Source: Vitrella brassicaformis CCMP3155 (Eukaryota; Protista; Chromerida). Taken from it: DNA of 64,000 nucleotides. Below, piece by piece: positions 50,501-62,707 of this stretch. The position numbers and the translations under genes were made by a program. The stretch's first letter is position 1. Every line of letters starts with the position of its first letter. Under the pieces are notes generated by a model. It was not told the origin of the DNA and ran no database searches. It worked only from the letters and a program-made list of their open reading frames with translations. The stretch lies in NCBI GenBank assembly GCA_001179505.1, contig CDMY01000077.1, forward strand, positions 1 through 64,000, given 5' to 3'.

Positions 50501-51611
50501 GGTGTGGTGTGGTGTGACTGACTGGCGACGAATCCCCATGTTTCGAGCATGCCGAGGAAGTTCTCGATCATGCCCTTGGCGCTCGTGTACATGCCCACGG
50601 CTAGCAGACCCAAAATGACCCAGTAACTGTCCCTGATTATACACAGAACAAACACACGACGGACACGGCACACCAAACCGAACCAACAGCCCCGATAACA
50701 GTCGCCCGCCACACGGACATCCCTTCCTCCCTCCATCGGTATGTATCATCCATCCATACGTACCAGTAGTAGGCTTCGTTGAAGCGGCCCCCGGGGACCA
50801 CCACAGGGTGCGGCACCGCCAGCAGCGTGTGCCTCTCGGGGTGCATGTCCACCCCGTCCATGCTCCCGCAGTCCTCATCATCATGCCGCTCCAGCTCCTT
50901 CTTGGCCACGTTGCGGCCCAGGCCCACCAGGGCCGCCGCCAGGTGGCCCCGCAGCGTCGCCACCGCCCCGTCCAGTTCGCTCAGCTTCCCGCCCGACACC
51001 ACCTCGTAGCTCTGCGGATGGTCCGGCAAGGCACACGGCGGAAAATCAGCGCCAGCCCGCTTGGAAAAGTAGCGGTCGAGGAAGGCCCGCATGGTGTCGC
51101 GGGTGCGCTCGTCGAGGTCGGTGGCGGTGGCATCGATGTGGAGGCCCAGCTTGCGGTACTCGCTGAGGACGGTCTCCGGGGCGGCCCTGAGGTGCAGGTC
51201 GACGAAGGTCTTCTGGTCGGGGAAGATCTGGGCGAGTTGTGCGGCCCGGAGGACCTCGCTGGTGGGGTGGAAGATGAGGTCGAGGCGCTGTTTGACCTGC
51301 CTCGCCTTCTCCTTGGTCACACGGTCCACGAACCGACTCCCCTCCTCGGTAGTGCCAGGTGGACCGCCGCTTGCCATGCCGGGCTCGCCCATCGCACCAA
51401 ATGGCATCACAGTGCTGCCAAGGCCACTGCCGACAGGGGGTGGAACAGATAGCCGGCAACACGCGGCGTGGGCGAGAGAGTAGAGAGGGTACCGGCCCTC
51501 ATCTCCTGGTGGATCGTCAAGCACAGCCGAGTTGGTTGATGTTTTCACGACGGGCTGGTCGAGCCGAGCTGCCGGGAGGAAAGAACACTTGGTTGCGAGA
51601 AAAATATGCAC
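47580..51611 (-). CDS. Alpha,alpha-trehalase (GH37), spans two gaps
   Basis: IFPDQKTFVD; VVPGGRFNEAYYW|DSYW; YYLDRSQ|PPLL; PRAESYR; AESG|WDFSSRW; PVDLN; QQWDYPNVWAPL; EKY...GGGGEYASQPGFGWTNG. Start may be at 51407 or in the gap. Confidence 0.95.
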
Positions 51612-52121
51612 TTCGCGGAGGGAGCTCGCAAGATGGGGNNNNNNNNNNNNNNNNNNNNNNNNNNNNNNNNNNNNNNNNNNNNNNNNNNNNNNNNNNNNNN
51701 NNNNNNNNNNNNNNNNNNNNNNNNNNNNNNNNNNNNNNNNNNNNNNNNNNNNNNNNNNNNNNNNNNNNNNNNNNNNNNNNNNNNNNNNNNNNNNNNNNNN
51801 NNNNNNNNNNNNNNNNNNNNNNNNNNNNNNNNNNNNNNNNNNNNNNNNNNNNNNNNNNNNNNNNNNNNNNNNNNNNNNNNNNNNNNNNNNNNNNNNNNNN
51901 NNNNNNNNNNNNNNNNNNNNNNNNNNNNNNNNNNNNNNGGGGGGGGGGGGAGAAGGGACGCAGCTGTCTCTCTGTGAGTGCTGCTGAGCCTGTCACCACC
52001 ACGTTCTGTTCACACAGAGTGCAATGGATGAATCTATCTATCTGTCGTTGATCTGACTGACTGACCAAGCCGCCTTGCCCTTGCCAGCCAGGCCCTTGCG
52101 CATCATCTGCCCGGCCACAGC

Positions 52122-55100
52122 ATGAGCGAGGCCTTCCTCGGCAAGCTGGAGGAGTGGCTCAAGTCGCCAGCCCATCAGCCGCTCCTCATCGACCCGTCCG
52201 CTCACCCAGCGCCGCCCGCCCTGGTGTCCCTGAGTGACACAACCCTGCATGACTATCAGCAAACGGGCCTCGGTGAGCTCAGCTGCAGAAGCCACGCACG
52301 CGCACATCACATCACATCCGTCCTCCATCCAATCAATGGCATGCGATGCCTGTGTTTTGTTTGTTTGGCTCATCTCAGGTTGGATGATAGCCCACTACCA
52401 GGTGCGCCAGACGGGTGTGATCCTTGCCGACCAGATGGGTCTGGGCAAGACCCTGCAGACGCTGTCCTTCCTGGCCTGGCTGCTAGAGCACGGCCACACA
52501 CACGGCCCCTTCCTCGTCATCTGCCCAACCACTGTGGTTGCCACCTGGCAGCAGCAGGCCGCACAGCACGTCCCCTCCGTCGGCTGTCAGGTCTACTCGG
52601 GCACAGCCAGCGAGAGGGAGGCCAAGCGCAAGGCCATCGTCAACAAAATACTCAGCCAGGTGGGCACAAGGCGATTCCCATCCATCCATCCATCCATCCA
52701 TCCACATGCGCATGTGTGTGTGTGTGTGTGTGTGTCAGCCGCGTGCGCGTCAGTGCGACCCCGCGTTGCCGTTTGAGGTGCTGATCACGTCGGACACGCT
52801 GGCGCGTCAGGACGCCTCCTTCCTCAGCAAATTCCGCTGGCGGGCCGTGGTCGTGGACGAGGCACACTGCCTCAAGAACCCCCAGGGGAAGCTCTACAAG
52901 ACGCTACTGCACGACTACAACTACGGCATGTGCCTCATGCTCACCGGCACACCCATACAAAACAAAATGCAGGTACAGACAGAGAGAGAGAGAGAGCCAA
53001 TGTTGTGGGTGCTGTGGGTGCGGTGCAGGAGCTGTGGTCGCTGCTGCATTTTCTGGACCGGAAGCGGTTCGCCGACTGCGATGCGTTCGTGTCTACCTTC
53101 ACGTCGCTCTCGAGCCGGGCCCGCGGTGTGCTGCAGGACATCATGCGCACCTACATGCTCAGACGCACCATGAACGACGTCAAGTGGAAACTGCCGCCCA
53201 AGAAAGAGTGAGTCAGCCAACACACCACACCACACCACACACACACGCACACGCACTTGCAACTCACGTGTGTGTGTGTGTGTGTGTGTGGGTGTCTTTG
53301 TGTGCATGGGGGCAGGTATGTATTGGAGGCGCCGCTGACGCCTTTGCAGCGTCAGCAGTACAAGTGGCTGCTCACCAAGGACTCATCCGTACTCATGGCA
53401 CTCGCCGACAAAAACAACACCGGCCAGTCGTCCTCATCGTCAAACGCGCGGGCCGCTGCCGCAATCGCCACTAACAAAGGTCACTGACCCTTGCGGATGG
53501 ATGGAAGATGTCATGGGTCTTGTGCTGTCTGTGGTGTGTGTGTGTGTGTGTGTGCAGGTCTCAACAACCTGGTTCAGCAGCTGCGCAAGTGTGTGAGCCA
53601 CCCCTACCTGTTCGATGGCGTCGAGCCGGAGCCGTTTGTCGAGGGAGACCACATCTGGTTGGTATCAAATGCGCCAGCACACACACAGAAACTTACACAT
53701 AGCCGGATACATCCGTCTGTTGCCATTTGAATGTTTGTGTGCGTCCGCGTGTGTGTGTGGTCTTTGCAGGCAGACGTCGGGGAAGCTGATGCTGCTCGAG
53801 AAGCTGCTGCCGAAGCTCAAAGTCAGCACACAGAATGCACTCCTTAACGCACTCTCACCCCGCCCTCACGTGTGTGTCCGCCGTCAGTCTGAGGGCAGCC
53901 GCGTGCTCCTCTTCTCAGGCTTCACACGGATGCTCGACATCGTACAGGTAAACCACACCACCACAGCACGCCCTACTCCCACATCCATCCATGCATGCAT
54001 CCATCCATCTCTCCATTTGCCCTCAGGATTATCTCTCCTACCGTCGGCTGACGTTCGAGCGGCTGGACGGGTCGATCCGCGGTGAGGACCGCGCGGACGC
54101 CATCCAGCGGTTCAAGCAGGGCGACCGCACCACGGCCTTCGCATTCCTACTCAGCACACGAGCGGGGGGACAGGGGGTCAACCTAGAGGTCGCTGACGTC
54201 GTCATCTTCCTTGACTCCGACTGGAACCCACAAGCCGACAAACAGGCAAGGCACCACACACAACACACGTCGATGGATGGATGAGAGACATGCAGTGGAG
54301 TAGAGGGGACTCGTGTGTGTGCGTGTGTGTGCAGGCGTTGGCCCGTGTGTATCGTCAGGGGCAGAAGCGGTCCGTCCGCATCTTCAGATTCCTCACGCCA
54401 CAAACAAGTCAGTCACCCCGCCCACACCTCACCACACGCCACCCCTCACCCCACCCCTCCACACACACAGGCCCTCCCTGCCCTCTCTTGTCTGTCTGTC
54501 TGTTGTGTCCTGATGTCATTCAGTTGAGGAGGTGATCTTTAAGCGTGCCCGCAAGAAGCTGCAGCTGGCGGCCGACATACTGGGCAAGGACAAGGACGCT
54601 CACGACGAACAGCAGGATGGCACTGGTGCTCCTGGGGGCGGCAAGAGGGCGGGAGAGCTGCGTGCGGTGGCCATCTGGGGGCTCAGGCACTGGGCCGGCC
54701 AGCAGGACGACACACATGGTGATGACTGACTGGTGCAGTGCAGAGCAAACCACACACACACGTGGTCGAGTTGAATGTCCGCCCGTGTGTCTGTCGTGGA
54801 CGACACGTCGCTCAGGTGATGAGTCGTCTGTGGTGTCTGAGTGGATGAAGGCCAGGATCGAGGACATCCTCGAGCAGGCGCAGGAGATGACAGACGAGGA
54901 GGAGGAGCAGCAGCAGCAACAGAAGAACCAGCAGCAGCAGGGCGAGAGGTGAGGTGACCCACAGCACACCACACACCATCCACCACACACAGAGACAATA
55001 GATATAGCTCATCGGCACGGCTCTGCTCTGTGTTTGTTTGTCTGTGTGTGTGTGGTGCATCCATTTTATATATCAGTGTGTATCAGTTTGAGGGTGCTGA

Positions 55101-58100
55101 CTACAAAGACGCCTACCGACGGGCACAGACAGAGGAGAGGGAGGACCTCACCGCACTCGAGACGCTCATGGCCGCCAAGGCAGCGGAGGACAAGGAAAAC
55201 GAGGTGCGTGGGGCCACGGCAGGCGAAGGGTGGCTGCGCATTCGTGTGGACGCTATGCTTGTCATGATTACTGCCTGCCTGCCTGGCTGGCTGCTGTGCG
55301 AAGGATTTGGGTGTAGCTGGCCGTCTGCGGCGTCCGCTCATCAGCGAGGAGGAACGGGAAGAGATGGACCACCAGGAACAGGTATACACACACACACACA
55401 CACACACAAACCAGGCTGTATGCCACCCATCCCNNNNNNNNNNNNNNNNNNNNNNNNNNNNNNNNNNNNNNNNNNNNNNNNNNNNNNNNNNNNNNNNNNN
55501 NNNNNNNNNNNNNNNNNNNNNNNNNNNNNNNNNNNNNNNNNNNNNNNNNNNNNNNNNNNNNNNNNNNNNNNNNNNNNNNNNNNNNNNNNNNNNNNNNNNN
55601 NNNNNNNNNNNNNNNNNNNNNNNNNNNNNNNNNNNNNNNNNNNNNNNNNNNNNNNNNNNNNNNNNNNNNNNNNNNNNNNNNNNNNNNNNNNNNNNNNNNN
55701 NNNNNNNNNNNNNNNNNNNNNNNNNNNNNNNNNCCCCCCCCCCCCAGGCTCGGAAGGAGCAGCGCAAGTTGGACAAGTGGAGGAAAAAGAACTACACGTC
55801 CCTCAGCATCACTCTCGAGGCCGTGCCTGAAGGGGAGCAGCCGTCGACAGAAGAGGACCTCATCACCGACCAAGGGGAAGATGAAGAGATGATGGGCATG
55901 GACCAGGACGGCGGGGGCGGCGGGGGCGATGCGGCCCTCGAGGCCGACTACCTGCACTTTGTGCGTGGCAATGCGGCCAAGCCCACCGAGCGCATGCCCG
56001 CCATCGTGCTGCACGTACTTGACAACTCGGGCAGGTAGGTGTGCTTGCTGGTTCGGCAGGGGGACCAGTCTGGGTGGAAGAGAACAATGCGTTTTGTCCA
56101 TGTGTGTGTGTGTCCATGTGTGTGTGTGTGTTTAGCTGGAACAACCGTGGGTTCGGTCGTGCTCTAAACGAGCTGTCTGAGGAGCTGGGGCCGCACTATG
56201 AGCTGGTACGCACCCCACCCACATGAATGACGATCGGACGGCCCCACCGTCAGTCAGCATGGCACGTGTGGCGTGCCATGTGTGTGCGAAATGGATGGAT
56301 GGATGGGGGCATTCATTCGTGTAGGCCAAGGAGATGGGCGATCTGCGAGTGGGTGACGTCCACCTGCTGGATGTCGACGGGGACATACACGTCGCACTCG
56401 CCATCTGCCAGGCAGGCAGGAAGGAAGGAGAGATGCATGTGGCAGAGGGAGGCACCAGTTCGTTCGTGATGAATGTGTCTGTATGCTGTGTCTGTGCACC
56501 AGAAATACTCCGAGTCGAGTGGCACCCGGTCGCCCATCGACCTGTCTGCCTTCCGCACCGGACTCCTCAAAGTCGCACAGGTCACTGACTGGCGCCACAC
56601 CACATGATGGATCGCACCCATCCCCATCCCTCACACGCGCCTTTGCTCTCTTGTCTGTCTGTCTGTCTGTCTGTGTGTCTGTCTGCCTTTCTGTCTCTCT
56701 CTCAGGCTGCCCGCCCCTTGGGTGCGTCGGTCCACCTGCCCCGCATCGGCACCTCCACCGACGGACAGCCCGACCAGTGGTACGGTGCACACACATCATT
56801 CCCCCCCCCCCCCCCCCCCCCNNNNNNNNNNNNNNNNNNNNNNNNNNNNNNNNNNNNNNNNNNNNNNNNNNNNNNNNNNNNNNNNNNNNNNNNNNNNNNN
56901 NNNNNNNNNNNNNNNNNNNNNNNNNNNNNNNNNNNNNNNNNNNNNNNNNNNNNNNNNNNNNNNNNNNNNNNNNNNNNNNNNNNNNNNNNNNNNNNNNNNN
57001 NNNNNNNNNNNNNNNNNNNNNNNNNNNNNNNNNNNNNNNNNNNNNNNNNNNNNNNNNNNNNNNNNNNNNNNNNNNNNNNNNNNNNNNNNNNNNNNNNNNN
57101 NNNNNNNNNNNNNNNNNNNNNCCCCCCCCCCCCCCCCTCCCACACACACACACGAGACCCATTTCCTTTCTGAGGTAGGTATGCCGTCGAGCGATGTCTG
57201 CGCCGCTACCTGGCCCAGCGGAAGGTCCACACGTAAGAACAGACAGACAGGAGATAGATGCACACACATACTAGCTAGACACATGCCCACAGCAGAAAAG
57301 AGGAATACGGGACGAGTGCATCTCTTGTCTGCGGGCATGCAGACACGTCTACTACTTCCAGAGGCAGCAGCAGCAGCAGCAGCAGGCGGCCAACCCCCGG
57401 AAGCGCCCCCTGCCGACCAACGGAGACAGTGACCACGACGGCAATGGCGATGGCGATGAGAGCGGCGGGCAGCGTGCGGCGGCTGCCAAGAGGGAAAAGA
57501 AGGGCGACGGTGGAGTGGGGCGGGTGGGAGGGGCCTCTGCCATGGAGGAGGAGGAGGGCGATGCAGTGGCCACCGCTGCAGCACCGCCACCACCACCACC
57601 AGCAGCAGCGGCTGCTGCTGCAGCATCAGCTCCCATGGATATCGTCACAAGCAACGACGAGTCAGCAGAGGGGAGGAAGGCATGGGCACGGTTGTGTGTG
57701 CGTACTTCTTTGGATGCGACGCGATGCATGTGTGTTCATCTTGCCTACAGGCCGGCACCAGCAGCAGCTGCTGCTGCTGCTGCAGCCTCAGACGAGGACA
57801 ACGCGAGTGACGCCACAGAGGTCATCCCGTCTCCCTCCCAGAACCCCGAACCCTCACCAAACGACGAGCCCTCACCCGCCCAACGCCAAGAGCAACAGCC
57901 ACAGCCACAGCAGAAGAAGAAAAAAAACGCCGCAAACAACAACACCAGCAGCAGCATGGAGGACGACATCCTCTTCGACCAGGACGCGGCCATCGAGGAC
58001 GAGCGACGACACAAAGAGGACATGCAAAAGGCTATCAGCAGCGGGGGCGGCAACAACAACAGCAGCAATGGCGGCGACGGTGAATCGAGGCAGATGTCGA

Positions 58101-59173
58101 TGGACTACTTCCTGGGTCGCGGCGGCAACAAGTTTGTGCGTGGCGGGGGAGGGGGAGGGGGCGGGCGGGGGGTGCGTGGGGCGAGGGGGAGGGGGAGGGG
58201 CGGTCGCGGCCGTGGGGGCCGGCGCAGCCCTGATCCTGACCCGATGTGTTTTCTGGGCAAGCAGCTGTGGGTGCACCCGGACAACCTCGACGCTTGGGGG
58301 CGGTGGGCTACCAAAATGGTCAGTAGAGAGAGAGAGAGAGGGAGGGAGGGAGGGAAGAGCCCGATGCAACACACCCCACCCTGTCTGTGTCGTGTCGTGT
58401 CGTGTCGTGTCCTGCTGTGTGTGTGTGGTCAGGTCGACGACCGAGGCGGGAGTGTGCAGGTGTTCCCCGCCGATTTCGAGGGTGTTGTCGAGTCCACCGA
58501 CCCCAAACAGCCACCAGACTTTATCGTACTCAGCATCAAGGACATCCTGGTATGTACAACCTGACTGCTGGATGGATGGACGGATGATGCACCACCCACT
58601 CATGGGCGTGGCGTGGGTGTTGTGTTGTGTTGTGTTGTGTTGATTGCAGCCATGGGAGGACTTTGTGTACTCCGAGCCGTCTCCGTCGGCCGGCGATCTG
58701 CGGTACCAGGCCATGGAGCTGGCAGCGACCATCACACGCGACCCCTTCATGGAGAGAGTCATCAACCACTTCAAAGTGCCGGACACCGTCTTCCTCACGT
58801 ACTGTAAACACACACACACTGTCCATCTCCCCCTCCCATGCCTGTCTGTCTGTGTGTGTGTGTGTTTTGTGTGTCTCCCAGCTGGCCGTTCGACTACGAG
58901 TCGATGAGCGCGTTGAACCCCGACGGCATCGACCCGCCCTTCCCCACGCCGAGCGAGAGCGGCGCCACCCACACCATCAGTGTGGTCTTCACCGACTGGC
59001 TGGAGGCCTGCATCGACATGGACCACATCCTGCCGCACGCCCAGCAGACCTACCACTGGTTTGGGTACGTCATGATGGACGAGGATGTGCCTGAGAGGGA
59101 GGACGACAGGGAGGGGCAGCCGCTCCCCATCAGCGCACTGCTGGCCGCCAGGATCCGCAGTGACGGGGGCTGA
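52122..59173 (+). CDS. CHD1L: ALC1/CHD1L SNF2 remodeller with macrodomain, extended by low-complexity, RGG and BRCT-like tail
   Basis: [11 protein letters not shown]; VVVDEAH; LTGTPIQN; [13 protein letters not shown]; DSDWNPQ; YQFEGADY. Macrodomain [11 protein letters not shown]...SVHLPRIG...W|[18 protein letters not shown]|HVYYFQR continues in frame to the stop at 59173. Spans two gaps. Confidence 0.9.
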
Positions 59174-60406
59174 GACGAGACGGCAACCTGTGTGGTGTGG
59201 TGTGGTGTGTTAGGTGTAGGTAGCAGACGGTTGACTTAGCCTCTTTGGATGGATGGAGCCTGGCCAGGCGCGTTGACCTTTTTTAGTGCCTGCGTAGCTA
59301 AGGTGTGTGTAGGAAGGGCATACCTAATAGATAGAGTAGATGGATTGAGCTAGTCCATCAAGGAAGACACAGGCGAGGCGGACATCCAAGAAACGAATGC
59401 ATTAATATCCATCCATCCATCCAATCATCATCGACACACGTATCTCCTTCGTCTATCTACACACGAACACACCCATACACACACATACACGCATCAAGAA
59501 CACCAAAAGACACATACATACATCCATCCATCCAGCCAGCCAGACAGAGAGATGGCCAGGCCTAGCCGGGCATCGCATCCAGCCAGAAAGACTGCGTGGA
59601 CAATCCGATTTTCAAAGCAGAGCGAGCGAGCGATAGCCAGAGAGAGCGTTAGACAGAAGGTCGATGGTACGTACGCCTGTACACACACACGCACAAAACA
59701 GCCCACCAGGCAGCCAGCTAGGCAGGCAGGCAGGCCGACAAAGGGGAATATATGCAATAAATCGCACATCGCCCCGACCTTATGTTGTGACTGACACGTA
59801 CCAGCGCGCCGGCTGTAAGGGCACAAGCACGCAATATTGCCTACGTACCCTACCTGTATGAAAGTATGTGGAGAGACAGACGCCTTACGTACGCCAGGCC
59901 TAGCTGCACACAAAAGGGGGACGGGCTCACCGAGCGATAGCGAAATAGACACACACAGCCGTTTTTTCCTTCGACTGCACAGATGAAGTGAGCAATACAC
60001 GAAGGCATTCATGGGTGCTAATTCAGCTGACTGACTGACTGACTGACCAAAAATGAAAAACGACACTGCGCAAAAGATCGCGTCTCGTCTCGTCTTGTCT
60101 CGTCTGTTGGTGCATATATGTCGCTTCTGTGTGTGAAGGCATCGGCGCACACGCATACGCATACCAAACCCCAATCAAAACAGGCAAGAGAAAAACTCTC
60201 CTCCCTCCCGTATCGTATCAAGCATATGCCGCCCGCCAATTAGTAAATCACAACGCACCGCACCTCTACTCGTGTACGCAGGTGTAGATTGGGACCTGTG
60301 CATGCATGAAAAAGCCCAGCGAGTCCATCCATTCCTCCCTCCCCCGCTCAGCCAGCCAAAACTCCCTCCCTCCCTGCCTCTCGTCCCTCCCTCCCTCCCT
60401 CCCTCA

Positions 60407-62440
60407 TCAGCGCCTAAGGTGCATGCCCTCTACCACCGCGTAAGTCACATTGCCCCCGACCTTTCCCATGTAGTTGCGGATATCACTCGGCCGGGTGAAG
60501 CACGCAGGAGGCCCCTCGTACCCATCCCCCCCATCCACTCCGTCGATGTCCCCGGCAATGTTGTCCCGAAATTCTTTGATGCCGCCGGCCGCCTCGGCGT
60601 CATAGCAGCAGCCCATCATGATGCAGTTGCTCTCGGTGGTAGTGGAGTCGCCACAGGCCTGCCGGGGGAAAAAGCGACCGGCTTGGTCACACGTGTAGGG
60701 GTCTTCTCCTTCGGGCGGCCCGAGCTCCGTTGGCTTGTAGCATTTGGGGTTGGCGTCGGTCTCTGCGGCCCAGCAGCCATACAGCAACTCGCAACTGCAC
60801 ACACACACACACACACACACATGCACCACCATTGGCGACACAGATTGTGAGCTGGCACGTGTCCATCCACACCATACCCCCGCTCGGTGAGTTGGTCAAC
60901 CACAGTGGTGTCGCGGACGATGGGTGTCCGTTGCGAGGCTTCAATTTCGCAGGAGACGGTGTCCCTCCAGTTGGCCGGGCGGTTCGGGAAGATGCCCTCG
61001 AACTGCACAACGGGGTTGGCGTACACATAGTCACCGCGGCCGCTGCCCATTCGATCCACCGTGATCTCCTTCACCTCGCCCTGACAAGGAGCGCTGTGAC
61101 GTGGTATGTGTCGTGTCGCTGTGCTGACTGACCTTCATTGATGTGACCCTGAACCTGTATGGCGCTTTGAAGAGCCGTTCGGGCCATGGCACGCCCGTCT
61201 CGTCGGCGGAGAGGGTCCACATGTGTCGCGTCTGCCACCGCATTGGCACCCACTTCTGCCCACCCTCAGAGAAGTACAGGACCTTCATCCACACAGCACA
61301 GAGGGAGTAAATGGCCATCCATGATGATGAATGTGGGCAAGGAAGGCATCGAGGGGCTGCATAATGCTTACGTGCCGGAATGGGATGGGACCATTCACGA
61401 TCTGAATACCCATATAGTTCTCGCTGCACCGACACACACAGACAGTTATTATTGGTTTGGCGTCCATCCATCCATCCATCCACTCCATCCAGGACTCAGC
61501 CCACAAGCATTGAACTAGCCTGCTGCCCGATTCGAAGACGACCGCCACGCCCTGGTCGCCTGGGTCACAGTCTGTGGCCATCCAAGTGGCCTGCCACTTG
61601 CCGTCCCGGCCACCGTCAGACATGTCCAGATCGCCCGGCGAACCTCCCGCATTCGCATTGTTGACGTACAGCTGCACACCCACCACCACCACCACCACCA
61701 CCACCACCAAAGCACCGACAAGACGTGTAGGCGGCCATTAGACATAGATTCATACTCAGTCATTCCGCACCCTGAATCGTTCGCCCGGTGGCACTTTGTC
61801 GCCCTCTCTCCCTCCCCCGCTGCCGTCAGAAATGATGTCGATGCACATCCCACCTGTGTTTGTGAATGGACCCACACACACACACAGCCAAAAGGGGTGT
61901 GTGTGGCTGGTTGGCTGGTGGCTGGTGGCTGCGACTTACAGACTCTCGACTCGTGGAAGTCGCCCCCCGGGATGCTCAGGGCCACCGTCCGATAGATGCC
62001 GTTGACGCCGGCAGGCTGAAGCCAGAAAGACAGAAACCCGCAGTCAGACAGTCAGACAGGCTGAAGACAGACTCATCGATGAGTTCATACGGGCGGAGGC
62101 CACAGCTGACAGAAGCCCGGGTCACCCTCACTCAGATCCCTGCGCAATCCGACACAATCAGACAGACAGACGAGCAGCAGTGACTTGTCACTGTGCAAAT
62201 GTGCCCAGTGTACTGCAGTGGTCTCTTCCCACCAGTAGAAGGTTGTCAGGCCTTCGACAGGTCTGTCAAGCAGGAAGAAAAAACATAAGTACTGACACGG
62301 GGGACCCTGGATAAACATTCTGACCTTCCGTAATTTCGCAGCACTTTCTGGCTGCTGGTTTGCGCCATGGCTGAGCGAAGGGCGGCGCAGCAGCACAGGA
62401 TGAGAAGGGGAAAAGCAGCAGCTCTCCGCCTTGCAGCCAT
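60407..62440 (-). CDS. Secreted expansin-like (EXLX) protein with C-terminal trefoil domains
   Basis: Signal MAARRRAAAFPLLILCCCAALRSAMA; GLTTFY; CGMCIDI; GDLDMS..DGKWQATWMATDC; GIQIVNGPIP; WVPMRW...PYRFRVTS; trefoil CDQAGRFFPRQACGDSTTTESNCIMMGCCYD...PACF. Confidence 0.8.
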
Positions 62441-62707
62441 GACGGCCACTGCCCATGGAACAACGGGGGAGGGAGACGAGTCCGAGGGCCTGAATCACAG
62501 AGGGGCGCATGAAAGGGTGCAGGCATCATGGTGCCTTCTTGCTTACGTGCTTGCTTGGCCTCGTCGAGCGTCTCCCTCCTGGCCGTTGGAGCCAAAATAA
62601 AAGGACAGTATATGCGAGGTGACGGACACCAGAAGAAAGGCTCCAGGGGCAGCCTGCAGCGGGACAGGGGAACACGCTCTGCAGTCACCCTTGTACCTTT
62701 CCGCCCA

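Noticed and set aside
48257-57121. Gaps flanked by poly-G or poly-C runs
   Set aside because: Best explained as sequencing dropout at intronic homopolymers; the genes continue coherently across them.
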